This document shows, piece by piece, positions 1-12,849 of a stretch of 64,000 nucleotides of DNA (position 1 is the stretch's first letter; each line of letters opens with the position of its first letter). The position numbers were made by a program, and so were the translations under genes. Origin of the DNA: the human T2T-CHM13v2.0 reference genome, Homo sapiens; assembly GCF_009914755.1 (NCBI RefSeq), contig NC_060935.1; one strand, 5' to 3'. Below the pieces are notes generated by a model that was given only the letters and a program-made list of their open reading frames with translations, was not told the DNA's origin and did not search any database.

Positions 1-778
1 AACTAGATGGAAGCATTCTCAGAAACTACTTTGTGATGATTGCATTCGACTCACAGAGTTGAACATTCCTATAGATAGAGCAGGTTGTAAACAATTTTTT
101 GTAGAATCTGCGATTGGAGATTTGGACTGCTTTGAGGCCTACTGTAGTAAAGGAAATAACTTCATCTAAAAACCAAACGGAAGCATTCACAGACAATTCT
201 TAGTGATCATTGGATTGAACTAACAGAGCTGAACATTCCTTTAGATGGAGCAGTTTCCAAACACACTTTCTGTAGAATCTGCAAGTGGATATTTGGACCT
301 CTCTGAGGATTTCGTTGGAAACGGGATAAACTTCCCAGAACTACATGGAAGCATTCTGAGAAACTTCTTTGGATGTTTGCATTCAACTCACAGAGTTGAA
401 CCTTGCTTTCATAGTTCAGCTTTCAAACACTCTTTTTGTAGAATCTGCAATTGGATATTTGGACCACTTTGTGGCCTTCCTTCGAAACGGGTATATCTTC
501 ACATCAAACCTAGACAGAAGCATTCTCAGAATGTTTCCTGTGATGACTGCATTCAACTCACAGAGGTGAACAATCCTTCTGATGGAGCAGTTTTGAAACT
601 CTCTTTCTTTGGATTCTGCAAGTGGATATGTGGACCTCTGTGAAGATTTCGTTGGAAAAGGGTTCATCTTCACAGAAAAACTAAACAGGAGCATTCTCAG
701 AAACTGCTTTGTGATGTTCGTGTTCCACTTCAAGAATTGAACTTTCCTCTTGACAGAGCAGCTCTGAAACCCTCTTTT

Positions 779-784
779 TCTAGA
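779..784. other. XbaI site defining the 850 bp unit (polymorphic among copies)
   Basis: TCTAGA at the same phase in most units; replaced by TCTGGA, TCCAGA or TCTACA in others. Confidence 0.9.
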
Positions 785-817
785 ATCTGCAAGTGGACAT
801 TTGAAGGGCTTTGAGGC

Positions 818-834
818 CTGTGGTGGAAAAGGAA
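818..834 (+). other. A-type monomer box (pJalpha-type sequence) at the CENP-B-equivalent position
   Basis: CTGTGGTGGAAAAGGAA. The following monomer carries a second, more diverged A box (CTACTGTAGTAAAGGAA), giving B-B-B-A-A per HOR. Confidence 0.75.
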
Positions 835-1158
835 AATCTTCACATAAAAACTAGATGGAAGCATTCTCAGAAACTACTCTGTGATGATTGCATTCGACTC
901 ACGGAGTTGAACATTCCTATAGATAGAGCAGGTTGTAAACAATCTTTTTGTAGAATCTGCGATTGGAGATTTGGACTGCTTTGAGTCCTACTGTAGTAAA
1001 GGAAATAACTTCATCTAAAAACCAAACGGAAGCATTCACAGACAATTCTTAGTGATCATTGCATTGAACTAACAGAGCTGAACATTCCTTTAGATGGCGC
1101 AGTTTCCAAACACACTTTCTGTAGAATCTGCAAGTGGATATTTGGACCTCTCTGAGGA

Positions 1159-1175
1159 TTTCGTTGGAAACGGGA
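1159..1175 (+). other. CENP-B box, canonical (first of two per HOR; also 310-326 and every ~850 bp)
   Basis: TTTCGTTGGAAACGGGA matches the nTTCGnnnnAnnCGGGn core. Confidence 0.95.
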
Positions 1176-1325
1176 TAAACTTCCCAGAACTACACGGAAG
1201 CATTCTGAGAAAATTCTTTGTGATGTTTGCATTCAACTCACAGAGTTGAACCTTGCTTTCATAGTTCAGCTTTCAAACACTCTTTTTGTAGAATCTGCAA
1301 GTGGATATTTGGACCACTTTGTGGC

Positions 1326-1342
1326 CTTCCTTCGAAACGGGT
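1326..1342 (+). other. Degenerate CENP-B-type box of the middle B monomer (fixed TTCC instead of TTCG)
   Basis: CTTCCTTCGAAACGGGT lies at the box position but misses one of the nine core bases in every copy inspected. Confidence 0.85.
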
Positions 1343-1496
1343 ATATCTTCACATCAAACCTAGACAGAAGCATTCTCAGAATGTTTCCTGTGATGACTGC
1401 ATTCAACTCACAGAGGTGAACAATCCTGTTGATGGAGCAGTTTTGAATCTCTCTTTCTTTGGATTCTGCAAGTGGATATGTGGACCTCTGTGAAGA

Positions 1497-1513
1497 TTTC
1501 GTTGGAAACGGGT
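1497..1513 (+). other. CENP-B box, canonical (second per HOR)
   Basis: TTTCGTTGGAAACGGGT matches the core and lies 338 bp after the first box. Confidence 0.93.
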
Positions 1514-3499
1514 TCATGTTCACAGAAAAACTAAACAGAAGCATTCTCAGAAACTGCTTTGTGATGTTTGTGTTCCACTTCAAGAATTGAACTTTCCTCT
1601 TGACAGAGCAGCTCTGAAACCCTCTTTTTCTAGAATCTGCAAGTGGACATTTGGAGGGCTTTGAGGCCTGTGTTGGAAAAGGAAAATCTTCACATAACAA
1701 CTAGATGGAAGCATTCTCAGAAACTACTTTGTGATGATTGCATTCGACTCACAGAGTTGAACATTCCTATAGATAGAGCAGGTTGTAAACAATCTTTTTG
1801 TAGAATCTGCGATTGGAGATTTGGGCTGCTTTGAGGCCTACTGTAGTATAGGAAATAACTTCATCTAAAAACCAAATGGAAGCATTCACAGACAATTCTT
1901 AGTGATCATTGGATTGAACTAACAGAGCTGAACATTCCTTTAGATGGAACAGTTTCCAAACACACTTTCTGTAGAATCTGCAAGTGGATATTTGGACTTA
2001 TCTGAGGATTTCGTTGGAAACGGGATAAACTTCCCAGAACTACACGGAAGCATTCTGAGAAACTTCTTTGTGATGTTTGCATTCAACTCACAGAGTTGGA
2101 CCTTGATTTCATAGTTCAGCTTTCAAACACTCTTTTTGTAGAATCTGCAAGTGGATATTTGGACCACTTTGTGGCCTTCCTTCGAAACGGGTATATCTTC
2201 ACATCAAACCTAGACAGAAGCATTCTCAGAATGTTTCCTGTGATGACTGCATTCAACTCACAGAGGTGAACAATCCTGTTGATGGAGCAGTTTTGAAACT
2301 CTCTTTCTTTGGATTCTGCAAGTGGATATGTGGACCTCTGTGAAGATTTCGTTGGAAACGGGTTCATCTTCACAGAAAAACTAAACAGGAGCATTCTCAG
2401 AAACTGCTTTGTGATGTTTGTGTTCCACTTCAAGAATTGAACTTTCCTCTTGACAGAGCAGCTCTGAAACCCTCTTTTTCTAGAATCTGCAAGCGGACAT
2501 TTGGAGGGCTTTGAGGCCTGTGGTGGAAAAGGAAAATCTTCACATAAAAACTAGATGGAAGCATTCTCAGAAACTACTTTGTGATGATTGCATTCGACTC
2601 ACAGAGTTGAACATTCCTATAGATAGAGCAGGTTGTAAACAATCTTTTTGTAGAATCTGCGATTGGAGATTTGGACTGCTTTGAGGCCTACTGTAGTAAA
2701 GGAAATAACTTCATCTAAAAACCAAACGGAAGCATTCACAGACAATTCTTAGTGATCATTAGATTGAACTAACAGAGCTGAACATTCCTTTAGATGGAGC
2801 AGTTTCCAAACACACTTTCTGTAGAATCTGCAAGTGGATATTTGGACCTCTCTGAGGATTTCGTTGGAAACGGGATAAACTTCCCAGAACTACACGGAAG
2901 CATTCTGAGAAACTTCTTTGGATGTTTGCATTCAACTCACAGAGTTGAACCTTGCTTTCATAGTTCAGCTTTCAAACACTCTTTTTGTAGAATCTGCAAG
3001 TGGATATTTGGACCACTTTGTGGCCTTCCTTCGAAACGGGTATATCTTCACATCAAACCTAGACAGAAGCATTCTCAGAATGTTTCCTGTGATGACTGCA
3101 TTCAACTCACAGAGGTGAACAATCCTGTTGATGGAGCAGTTTTGAATCTCTCTTTCTTTGGATTCTGCAAGTGGATATGTGGACCTCTGTGAAGATTTCG
3201 TTGGAAACGGGTTCATGTTCACAGAAAAACTAAACAGAAGCATTCTCAGAAACTGCTTTGTGATGTTTGTGTTCCACTTCAAGAATTGAACTTTCCTCTT
3301 GACAGTGCAGCTCTGAAACCCTCTTTTTCTAGAATCTGCAAGTGGACATTTGGAGGGCTTTGAGGCCTGTTTTGGAAAAGGAAAATCTTCACATAAAAAC
3401 TAGATGGAAGCATTCTCAGAAACTACTTTGTGATGATTGCATTCGACTCACAGAGTTGAACATTCCTATAGATAGAGCAGGTTGTAAACAACCTTTTTG

Positions 3500-6400
3500 T
3501 AGAATCTGCGATTGGAGATTTGGACTGCTTTGAGGCCTACTGTAGTAAAGTAAATAACTTCATCTAAAAACCAAACGGAAGCATTCACAGACAATTCTTA
3601 GTGATCATTGGATTGAACTAACAGAGCTGAGCATTCCCTTAGATGGCGCAGTTTCCAAACACACTTTCTGTAGAATCTGCAAGTGGATATTTGGACCTCT
3701 CTGAGGATTTCGTTGGAAAAGGGATAAACTTCCCAGAACTACACGGAAGCATTCTGAGAAACATCTTTGTGATGTTTGCATTCAACTCACAGAGTTGAAA
3801 CTTGCTTTCATAGTTCAGCTTTCAAACACTCTTTTTGTAGAATCTGCAAGTGGATATTTGGACCACTTTGTGGCCTTCCTTCGAAACGGGTATATCTTCA
3901 CATCAAACCTAGACAGAAGCATTCTCAGAATGTTTCCTGTGATGACTGCATTCAACTCACAGAGGTGAACAATCCTGTTGATGGAGCAGTTTTGAAACTC
4001 TCTTTCTTTGGATTCTGCAAGTGGATATGTGGACCTCTGTGAAGATTTCGTTGTAAACGGTTTCATCTTCACAGAAAAACTAAACAGAAGCATTCTCAGA
4101 AACTGCTTTGTGATGTTTGTGTTCCACTTCAAGAATTGAACTTTCCTCTTGACAGAGCAGCTCTGAAACCCTCTTTTTCTAGAATCTGCAAGTGGACATT
4201 TGGAGGGCTTTGAGGCCTGTGGTGGAAAAGGAAAATCTTCACATAAAAACTAGATGGAAGCATTCTCAGAAACTACTTTGTGATGATTGCATTCGACTCA
4301 CAGAGTTGAACATTGCTATAGATAGAGCAGGTTGTAAACAATCTTTTTGTACAATCTGCGATTGGAGATTTGGACTGCTTTGAGGCCTACTGTAGTAAAG
4401 GAAATAACTTCATCTAAAAACCAAACGGAAGCATTCACAGACAATTCTTAGTGATCATTGGATTGAACTAACAGAGCTGAACATTCCTTTAGATGGAGCA
4501 GTTTCCAAACACACTTTCTGTAGAATCTGCAAGTGGATATTTGGACTTCTCTGAGGATTTCGTTGGAAATGGTATAAACTTCCCAAAAATACACGGAAGC
4601 ATTGTGAGAAACTTCTTTGTGATGTTTGCATTCAACTCACAGAGTTGAACCTTGCTTTCTTAGTTCAGCTTTCAAACACTCTTTTTGTAGAATCTGCAAG
4701 TGGATATTTGGACCACTTTGTGGCCTTCCTTCGAAACGGGTATATCTTCACATCAAACCTAGACAGAAGCATTCTCAGGATGTTTCCTGTGATGACTGCA
4801 TTCAACTCACAGAGGTGAACAATCCTGCTGATGGAGCAGTTTTGAAACTCTCTTTCTTTGGATTCTGCAAGTGGATATGTGGACCTCTGTGAAGATTTCG
4901 TTGGAAACGGGTTCATCTTCACAGAAAAGCTAAACAGAAGCATTCTCAGAAACTGCTTTGTGATGTTTGTGTTCCACTTCAGGAATTGAACTTTCCTCTT
5001 GACAGAGCAGCTCTGAAACCCTCTTTTTCTGGAATCTGCAAGTGGACATTTGGAGGGCTTTGAGGCCTGTGGTGGAAAAGGAAAATCTTCACATAAAAAC
5101 TAGATGGAAGCATTCTCAGAAACTACTTTGTGATGATTGCATTCGACCCACAGAGTTGAACATTCCTATAGATAGAGCAGGTTGTAAACAATCTTTTTGT
5201 AGAATCTGCGATTGGAGATTTGGACTGCTTTGAGGCCTACTGTAGTAAAGTAAATAACTTCATCTAAAAACCAAACGGAAGCATTCACAGACAATTCTTA
5301 GTGATCATTGGATTGAACTAACAGAGCTGAACATTCCCTTAGATGGCGCAGTTTCCAAACACACTTTCTGTAGAATCTGCAAGTGGATATTTGGACCTCT
5401 GTGAGGATTTCGTTGGAAACGGGATAAACTTCCCAGAACTACACGGAAGCATTCTGAGAAACTTCTTTGTGATGTTTGCATTCAACTCACAGAGTTGAAC
5501 CTTGCTTTCATAGTTCAGCTTTCAAACACTCTTTTTGTAGAATCTGCAAGTGGATATTTGGACCACTTTGTGGCCTTCCTTCGAAACGGGTATATCTTCA
5601 CATCAAACCTAGACAGAAGCATTCTCAGAATGTTTCCTGTGATGACTGCATTCAACTCACAGAGGGGAACAATCCTGTTGATGGAGCAGTTTTGAAACTC
5701 TCTTTCTTTGGATTCTGCAAGTGGATATATGGACCTCTGTGAAGATTTCGTTGGAAACGGTTTCATCTTCACAGAAAAACTAAACAGAAGCATTCTCAGA
5801 AACTGCTTTGTGATGTTTGTGTTCCACTTCAGGAATTGAACTTTCCTCTTGACAGAGCAGCTCTGAAACCCTCTTTTTCCAGAATCTGCAAGTGGACATT
5901 TGGAGGGCTTTGAGGCCTGTGGTGGAAAAGGAAAATCTTCACATAAAAACTAGATGGAAGCATTCTCAGAAACTACTTTGTGATGATTGCATTCGACTCA
6001 GAGAGTTGAACATTCCTATAGATAGAGCAGGTTGTAAACAATCTTTTTGTAGAATCTGCGATTGGAGATTTGGACTGCTTTGAGGCCTACTGTAGTAAAG
6101 GAAATAACTTCATCTAAAAACCAAACGGAAGCATTCACAGACAATTCTTAGTGATCATTGCATTGAACTAACAGAGCTGAACATTCCTTTAGATGGAGCA
6201 GTTTCCAAACACACTTTCTGTAGAATCTGCAAGTGGATATTTGGACCTCTCTGAGGATTTCGTTGGAAACGGGATATACTTCCCAGAACTACACGGAAGT
6301 ATTCTGAGAAACTTCTTTGTGATGGTTGCATTCAACTCACAGAGTTGAACCTTGCTTTCATAGTTCAGCTTTCAAACACTCTTTTTGTAGAATCTGCAAG

Positions 6401-7480
6401 TGGATATTTGGACCACTTTGTGGCCTTCCTTCGAAACGGGTATATCTTCACATCAAACCTTGACACAAGCATTCTCAGAATGTTTCCTGTGATGACTGCA
6501 TTCAACTCACAGAGGTGAACAATCCTGCTGATGCAGCAGTTTTGAAACTCTGTGTCTTTGAATTCTGCAAGTGGATATGTGGACCTCTGTGAAGATTTCG
6601 TTGGAAACGGGTTCATCTTCAGAGAAAAACTAAACAGGAGCATTCTCAGAAACTGCTTTTTGATGTTTGTGTTCCACTTCAGGAATTGAACTTTCCTCTT
6701 GACAGAGCAGCTCTGAAACCCTCTTTTTCTACAATCTGCAAGTGAACATTTGGAGGGCTTTGAGGCCTGTGGTGGAAAAGGAAAATCTTCACATAAAAAC
6801 TAGATGGAAGCATTCTCAGAAACTACTTTGTGATGATTGCATTCGACTCACAGAGTTGAACATTCCTATAGATAGAGCAGGTTGTAAACAATCTTTTTGT
6901 AGAATCTGCGATTGGAGATTTGGAATGCTTTGAGGCCTACTGTAGTAAAGGAAATAACTTCATCTAAAAACCAAACGGAAGCATTCACAGACAATTCTTA
7001 GTGATCATTGCATTGAACTAACAGAGCTGAACATTCCTTTAGATGGAGCAGTTTCCAAACACACTTTCTGTAGAATCTGCAAGTGGATATTTGGACCTCT
7101 CTGAGGATTTCATTGGAAACGGGATAAACTTCCCAGAACTACACGGAAGCATTCTGAGAAACTTCTTTGGATGTTTGCATTCAACTCACAGAGTTGAACC
7201 TTGCTTTCATAGTTCAGCTTTCAAACACTCTTTTTGTAGAATCTGCAAGTGGATATTTGAACCACTTTGTGGCCTTCCTTCGAAACGGGTATATCTTCAC
7301 ATCAAACCTAGACAGAAGCATTCTCAGAATGTTTCCTGTGATGACTGCATTCAACTCACAGAGGTGAACAATCCTGCTGATGGAGCAGTTTTGAAACTCT
7401 CTTTCTTTGGATTCTGCAAGTGGATATGTGGACCTCTGTGAAGATTTCGTTGGAAACGGGTTCATCTTCACAGAAAAACT
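3500..7480 (+). repeat. ~4 kb HOR block, copy 1 of a dispersed duplication (copy 2 at ~12850-16830, offset 9347)
   Basis: Same ordered rare variants in both copies: GCTGAGCATTCCC, GGAAAAGGG, TTGTAAACGGTT, TTGTACAATC, GAAAAGCT, GAGGGGAAC, TGTGTCTTTGAA, GTGAACATT, TTTCATTGG. ORF pairs 3776/13123 and 7043/16390. Confidence 0.9.
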
Positions 7481-10400
7481 AAACAGAAGCATTCTCAGAA
7501 ACTGCTTTGTGATGTTTGTGTTCCACTTCAGGAATTGAACTTTCCTCTTGACAGAGCAGCTCTGAAACCCTCTTTTTCTGGAATCTGCAAGTGGACATTT
7601 GGAGGGCTTTGAGGCCTGTGGTGGAAAAGGAAAATCTTCACATAAAAACTAGATGGAAGCATTCTCAGAAACTACTTTGTGATGATTGCATTCGACCCAC
7701 AGAGTTGAACATTCCTATAGATAGAGCAGGTTGTAAACAATCTTTTTGTAGAATCTGCGATTGGAGATTTGGACTGCTTTGAGGCCTACTGTAGTAAAGG
7801 AAATAACTTCATCTAAAAACCAAACGGAAGCATTCACAGACAATTCTTAGTGATCATTGCATTGAACTAACAGAGCTGAACATTCCTTTAGATGGAGCAG
7901 TTTCCAAACACACTTTCTGTAGAATCTGCAAGTGGATATTTGGACTTCTCTGAGGATTTCGTTGGAAATGGTATAAACTTCCCAGAAATACACGGAAGCA
8001 TTGTCAGAAACTTCTTTGTGATGTTTGCATTCAACTCACAGAGTTGAACCTTGCTTTCTTAGTTCAGCTTTCAAACACTCTTTTTGTAGAATCTGCAAGT
8101 GGATATTTGGACCACTTTGTGGCCTTCCTTCGAAACGGGTATATCTTCACATCAAACCTAGACAGAAGCATTCTCAGGATGTTTCCTGTGATGACTGCAT
8201 TCAACTCACAGAGGTGAACAATCCTGCTGATGGAGCAGTTTTGAAACTCTCTTTCTTTGGATTCTGCAACTGGATATGTGGACCTCTGTGAAGATTTCGT
8301 TGGAAACGGGTTCATCTTCACAGAAAAACTAAACAGAAGCCTTCTCAGAAACTGCTTTGTGATGTTTTTGTTCCACTTCAGGAATTGAACTTTCCTCTTG
8401 ACAGAGCAGCTCTGAAGCCCTCTTATTCTAGAATCTGCAAGTGGACATTTGGAGAGCTTTGAGGCCTGGGGTTGAAAAGGATAATCTTCACATAAAAACT
8501 AGATGGAAGCATTCTCAGAAACTACTTTGTGATGATTGCATTCGACTCAGAGAGTTGAACATTCCTATAGATAGAGCAGGTTGTAAACAATCTTTTTGTA
8601 GAATCTGCGATTGGAGATTTGGACTGCTTTGAGGCCTACTGTAGTAAAGGAAATAACTTCATCTAAAAACCAAACGGAAGCATTCACAGACAATTCTTAG
8701 TGATCATTGGATTGAATTAACAGAGCTGAACATTCCTTTAGATGGAGCAGTTTCCAAACACACTTTCTGTAGAATCTGCAAGTGGATATTTGGACCTCTC
8801 TGAGGATTTCGTTGGAAACGGGATATACTTCCCAGAACTACACGGAAGTATTCTGAGAAACATCTTTGTGATGGTTGCATTCAACTCACAGAGTTGAACC
8901 TTGCTTTCATAGTTCAGCTTTCAAACACTCTTTTTGTAGAATCTGCAAGTGGATATTTGGACCACTTTGTGGCCTTCCTTCGAAACGGGTATATCTTCAC
9001 ATCAAACCTTGACACAAGCATTCTCAGAATGTTTCCTGTGATGACGGCATTCAACTCACAGAGGTGAACAATCCTGTTGATGGAGCAGTTTTGAAACTCT
9101 CTTTCTTTGGATTCTGCAAGTGGATATGTGGACCTCTGTGAAGATTTCGTTGGAAACGGGTTCATCTTCACAGAAAAACTAAACAGAAGCATTCTCAGAA
9201 ACTGCTTTGTGATGTTTGTGTTCCACTTCAAGAATTGAACTTTCCTCTTGACAGAGCAGCTCTGAAACCCTCTTTTTCTAGAATCTGCAAGTGGACATTT
9301 GGAGGACTTTGAGGCATGTGGTGGAAAAGGAAAATCTTCACATAAAAATTAGATGGAAGCATTCTCAGAAACCACTTTGTGATGATTGCATTCGACTCAC
9401 AGAGTTGAACATTCCTATAGATAGAGCAGGTTGTAAACAATCTTTTTGTAGAATCTGCGATTGGAGATTTGGACTGCTTTGAGGCCTACTGTAGTAAAGG
9501 AAATAACTTCATCTAAAAACCAAACGGAAGCATTCACAGACAATGCTTAGTGATCATTGGATTGAACAAACAGAGCTGAACATTCCTTTAGATGGAGCAG
9601 TTTCCAAACAAACTTTCTGTAGAATCTGCAAGTGGATATTTGGACTTCTCTGAGGATTTCGTTGGAAATGGTATAAACTTCCCAAAAATACACGGAAGCA
9701 TTGTGAGAAACTTCTTTGTGATGTTTGCATTCAACTCACAGAGTTGAACCTTGCTTTCTTAGTTCAGCTTTCAAACACTCTTTTTGTAGAATCTGCAAGT
9801 GGATATTTGGACCACTTTGTGGCCTTCCTTCGAAACGGGTATATCTTCACATCAAACCTAGACAGAAGCATTCTCAGGATGTTTCCTGTGATGACTGCAT
9901 TCAACTCACAGAGTTGAACGATCCTTCTGATGGAGCAGTTTTGAAACTCTCTTTCTTTGGATTCTGCAAGTGGATATGTGGACCTCTGTGAAGATTTCAT
10001 TGGAAACGGGTTCATCTTCACAGAAAAACTAAACAGAAGCATTCTCAGAAACTGCTTTGTGATGTTTTTGTTCCACTTCAGGAATTGAACTTTCCTCTTG
10101 ACAGAGCAGCTCTGAAGCCCTCTTATTCTAGAATCTGCAAGTGTACATTTGGAGGGCTTTGAGGCCTGGGTTTGAAAAGGATAATCTTCACATAAAAACT
10201 AGATGGAAGCATTCTCAGAAACTACTTTGTGATGATTGCATTCGACTCACAGAGTTGAACATTCCTATAGATAGAGCAGGTTGTAAACAATCTTTTTGTA
10301 GAATCTGCGATTGGAGATTTGGACTGCTTTGAGGCCTACTGTAGTAAAGGAAATAACTTCATCTAAAAACCAAACGGAAGCATTCACAGACAATTCTTAG

Positions 10401-12849
10401 TGATCATTGGATTGAACTAACAGAGCTGAACATTCCTTTAGATGGAGCAGTTTCCAAACACACTTTCTGTAGAATCTGCAAGTGGATATTTGGACCTCTC
10501 TGAGGATTTCGTTGGAAACGGGATATACTTCCCAGAACTACACGGAAGTATTCTGAGAAACTTCTTTGTGATGGTTGCATTCAACTCACAGAGTTGAACC
10601 TTGCTTTCATAGTTCAGCTTTCAAACACTCTTTTTGTAGAATCTGCAAGTGGATATTTGGACCACTTTGTGGCCTTCCTTCGAAACGGGTATATCTTCAC
10701 ATCAAACCTTGACACAAGCATTCTCAGAATGTTTCCTGTGATGACTGCATTCAACTCACAGAGGTGAACAATCCTGCTGATGCAGCAGTTTTGAAACTCT
10801 GTTTCTTTGAATTCTGCAAGTGGATATGTGGACCTCTGTGAAGATTTCGTTGGAAACGGGTTCATCTTCACAGAAAAACTAAACAGGAGCATTCTCAGAA
10901 ACTGCTTTTTGATGTTTGTGTTCCACTTCAGGAATTGAACTTTCCTCTTGACAGAGCAGTTGTGAAACCCTCTTTTTCTAGAATCTGCAAGTGGACATTT
11001 GGAGGGCTTTGAGGCCTGTGGTGGAAAAGGAAAATCTTCACATAAAAACTAGATGGAAGAATTCTCAGAAACTACTTTGTGATGATTGCATTCGACTCAA
11101 AGAGTTGAACATTCCTATAGATAGAGCAGGTTGTAAACAATCTTTTTGTAGAGTCTGCCATAGGAGATTTGGACTGCTTTGAGGCCTACTGTAGTAAAGG
11201 AAATAACTTCATCTAAAAACCAAACGGAAGCATTCACAGACAATTCTTAGTGATCATTGGATTGAACTAACAGAGCTGAACATTCCCTTAGATGGCGCAG
11301 TTTCCAAACACACTTTCTGTAGAATCTGCAAGTGGATATTTGGACCTCTCTGAGGATTTCGTTGGAAACGGGATAAACTTCCCAGAACTACACGGAAGCA
11401 TTCTGAGAAACATCTTTGTGATGTTTGCATTCAACTCACAGAGTTGAACCTTGCTTTCATAGTTCAGCTTTCAAACACTCTTTTTGTAGAATCTGCAAGT
11501 GGATATTTGGACCACTTTGTGGCCTTCCTTCGAAACGGGTATATCTTCACATCAAACCTAGACAGAAGCATTCTCAGAATGTTTCCTGTGATGACTGCAT
11601 TCAACTCACAGAGGTGAACAATCCTGCTGATGGAGCAGTTTTGAAACTCTCTTTCTTTGGATTCTGCAAGTGGATATGTGGACCTCTGTGAAGATTTCGT
11701 TGGAAACGGGTTCATCTTCACAGAAAAACTAAACAGGAGCATTCTCAGAAACTGCTTTGTGATGTTTGTGTTCCACTTCAAGAATTGAACTTTCCTCTTG
11801 ACAGAGCAGCTCTGAAACCCTCTTTTACTAGAATCTGCAAGTGGACATTTGGAGGGCTTTGAGGCCTGTGGTGGAAAAGGAAAATCTTCACATAAAAACT
11901 AGATGGAAGCATTCTCAGAAACTACTTTGTGATGATTGCATTCGACTCACAGAGTTGAACATTCCTATAGATAGAGCAGGTTGTAAACAATCTTTTTGTA
12001 GAATCTGCGATTGGAGATTTGGACTGCATTGAGGCCTACTGTAGTAACGGAAATAACTTTATCTAAAAACCAAACGGAAGCATTCACAGACAATTCTTAG
12101 TGATCATTGCATTGAACTAACAGAGCTGAACATTCCTTTAGATGGCGCAGTTTCCAAACACACTTTCTGTAGAATCTGCAAGTGGATATTTGGACCTCTC
12201 TGAGGATATCGTTGGAAACGGGATAAACTTCCCAGAACTACACGGAAGCATTCTGAGTAACTTCTTTGGATGTTTGTATTCAACTCACAGAGTTGAACCT
12301 TGCTTTCATAGTTCAGCTTTCAAACACTCTTTTTGTAGAATCTGCAAGTGGATATTTGGACCACTTTGTGGCCTTCCTTCGAAACGAGTATATCTTCACA
12401 TCAAACCTAGACAGAAGCATTCTCAGAATGTTTCCTGTGATGACTGCATTCAACTCACAGAGGTGAACAATCCTGCTGATGGAGCAGTTTTGGAACTCTC
12501 TTTCTTTGGATTCTGCAAGTGGATATGTGGACCTCTGTGAAGATTTCGTTGGAAACGGGTTCATCTTCACAGAAAAATTAAGAGGAGCATTCTCAGAAAC
12601 TGCTTTGTGATGTTTGTGTTCCACTTCAGGAATTGAACTTTCCTCTTGACAGAGCAGCTCTGAAACCCTCTTTTTCTGGAATCTGCAAGTGGACATTTGG
12701 AGGGCTTTGAGGCCTGTGGTGGAAAAGGAAAATCTTCACATAAAAACTAGATGGAAGCATTCTCAGAAACTACTTTGTGATGATTGCATTCGACCCACAG
12801 AGTTGAACAGTCCTATAGATAGAGCAGGTTGTAAACAATCTTTTTGTAG

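Larger units (their letters stand above)
862..1711 (+). repeat. Representative single HOR unit: five divergent monomers of 171, 168, 170, 171 and 170 bp
   Basis: Phased on the conserved CATTC, monomers start at 862, 1033, 1201, 1371 and 1542, and the next unit starts at 1712 (total 850). Monomers differ strongly from each other while HOR copies differ by only a few bases. Confidence 0.93.
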
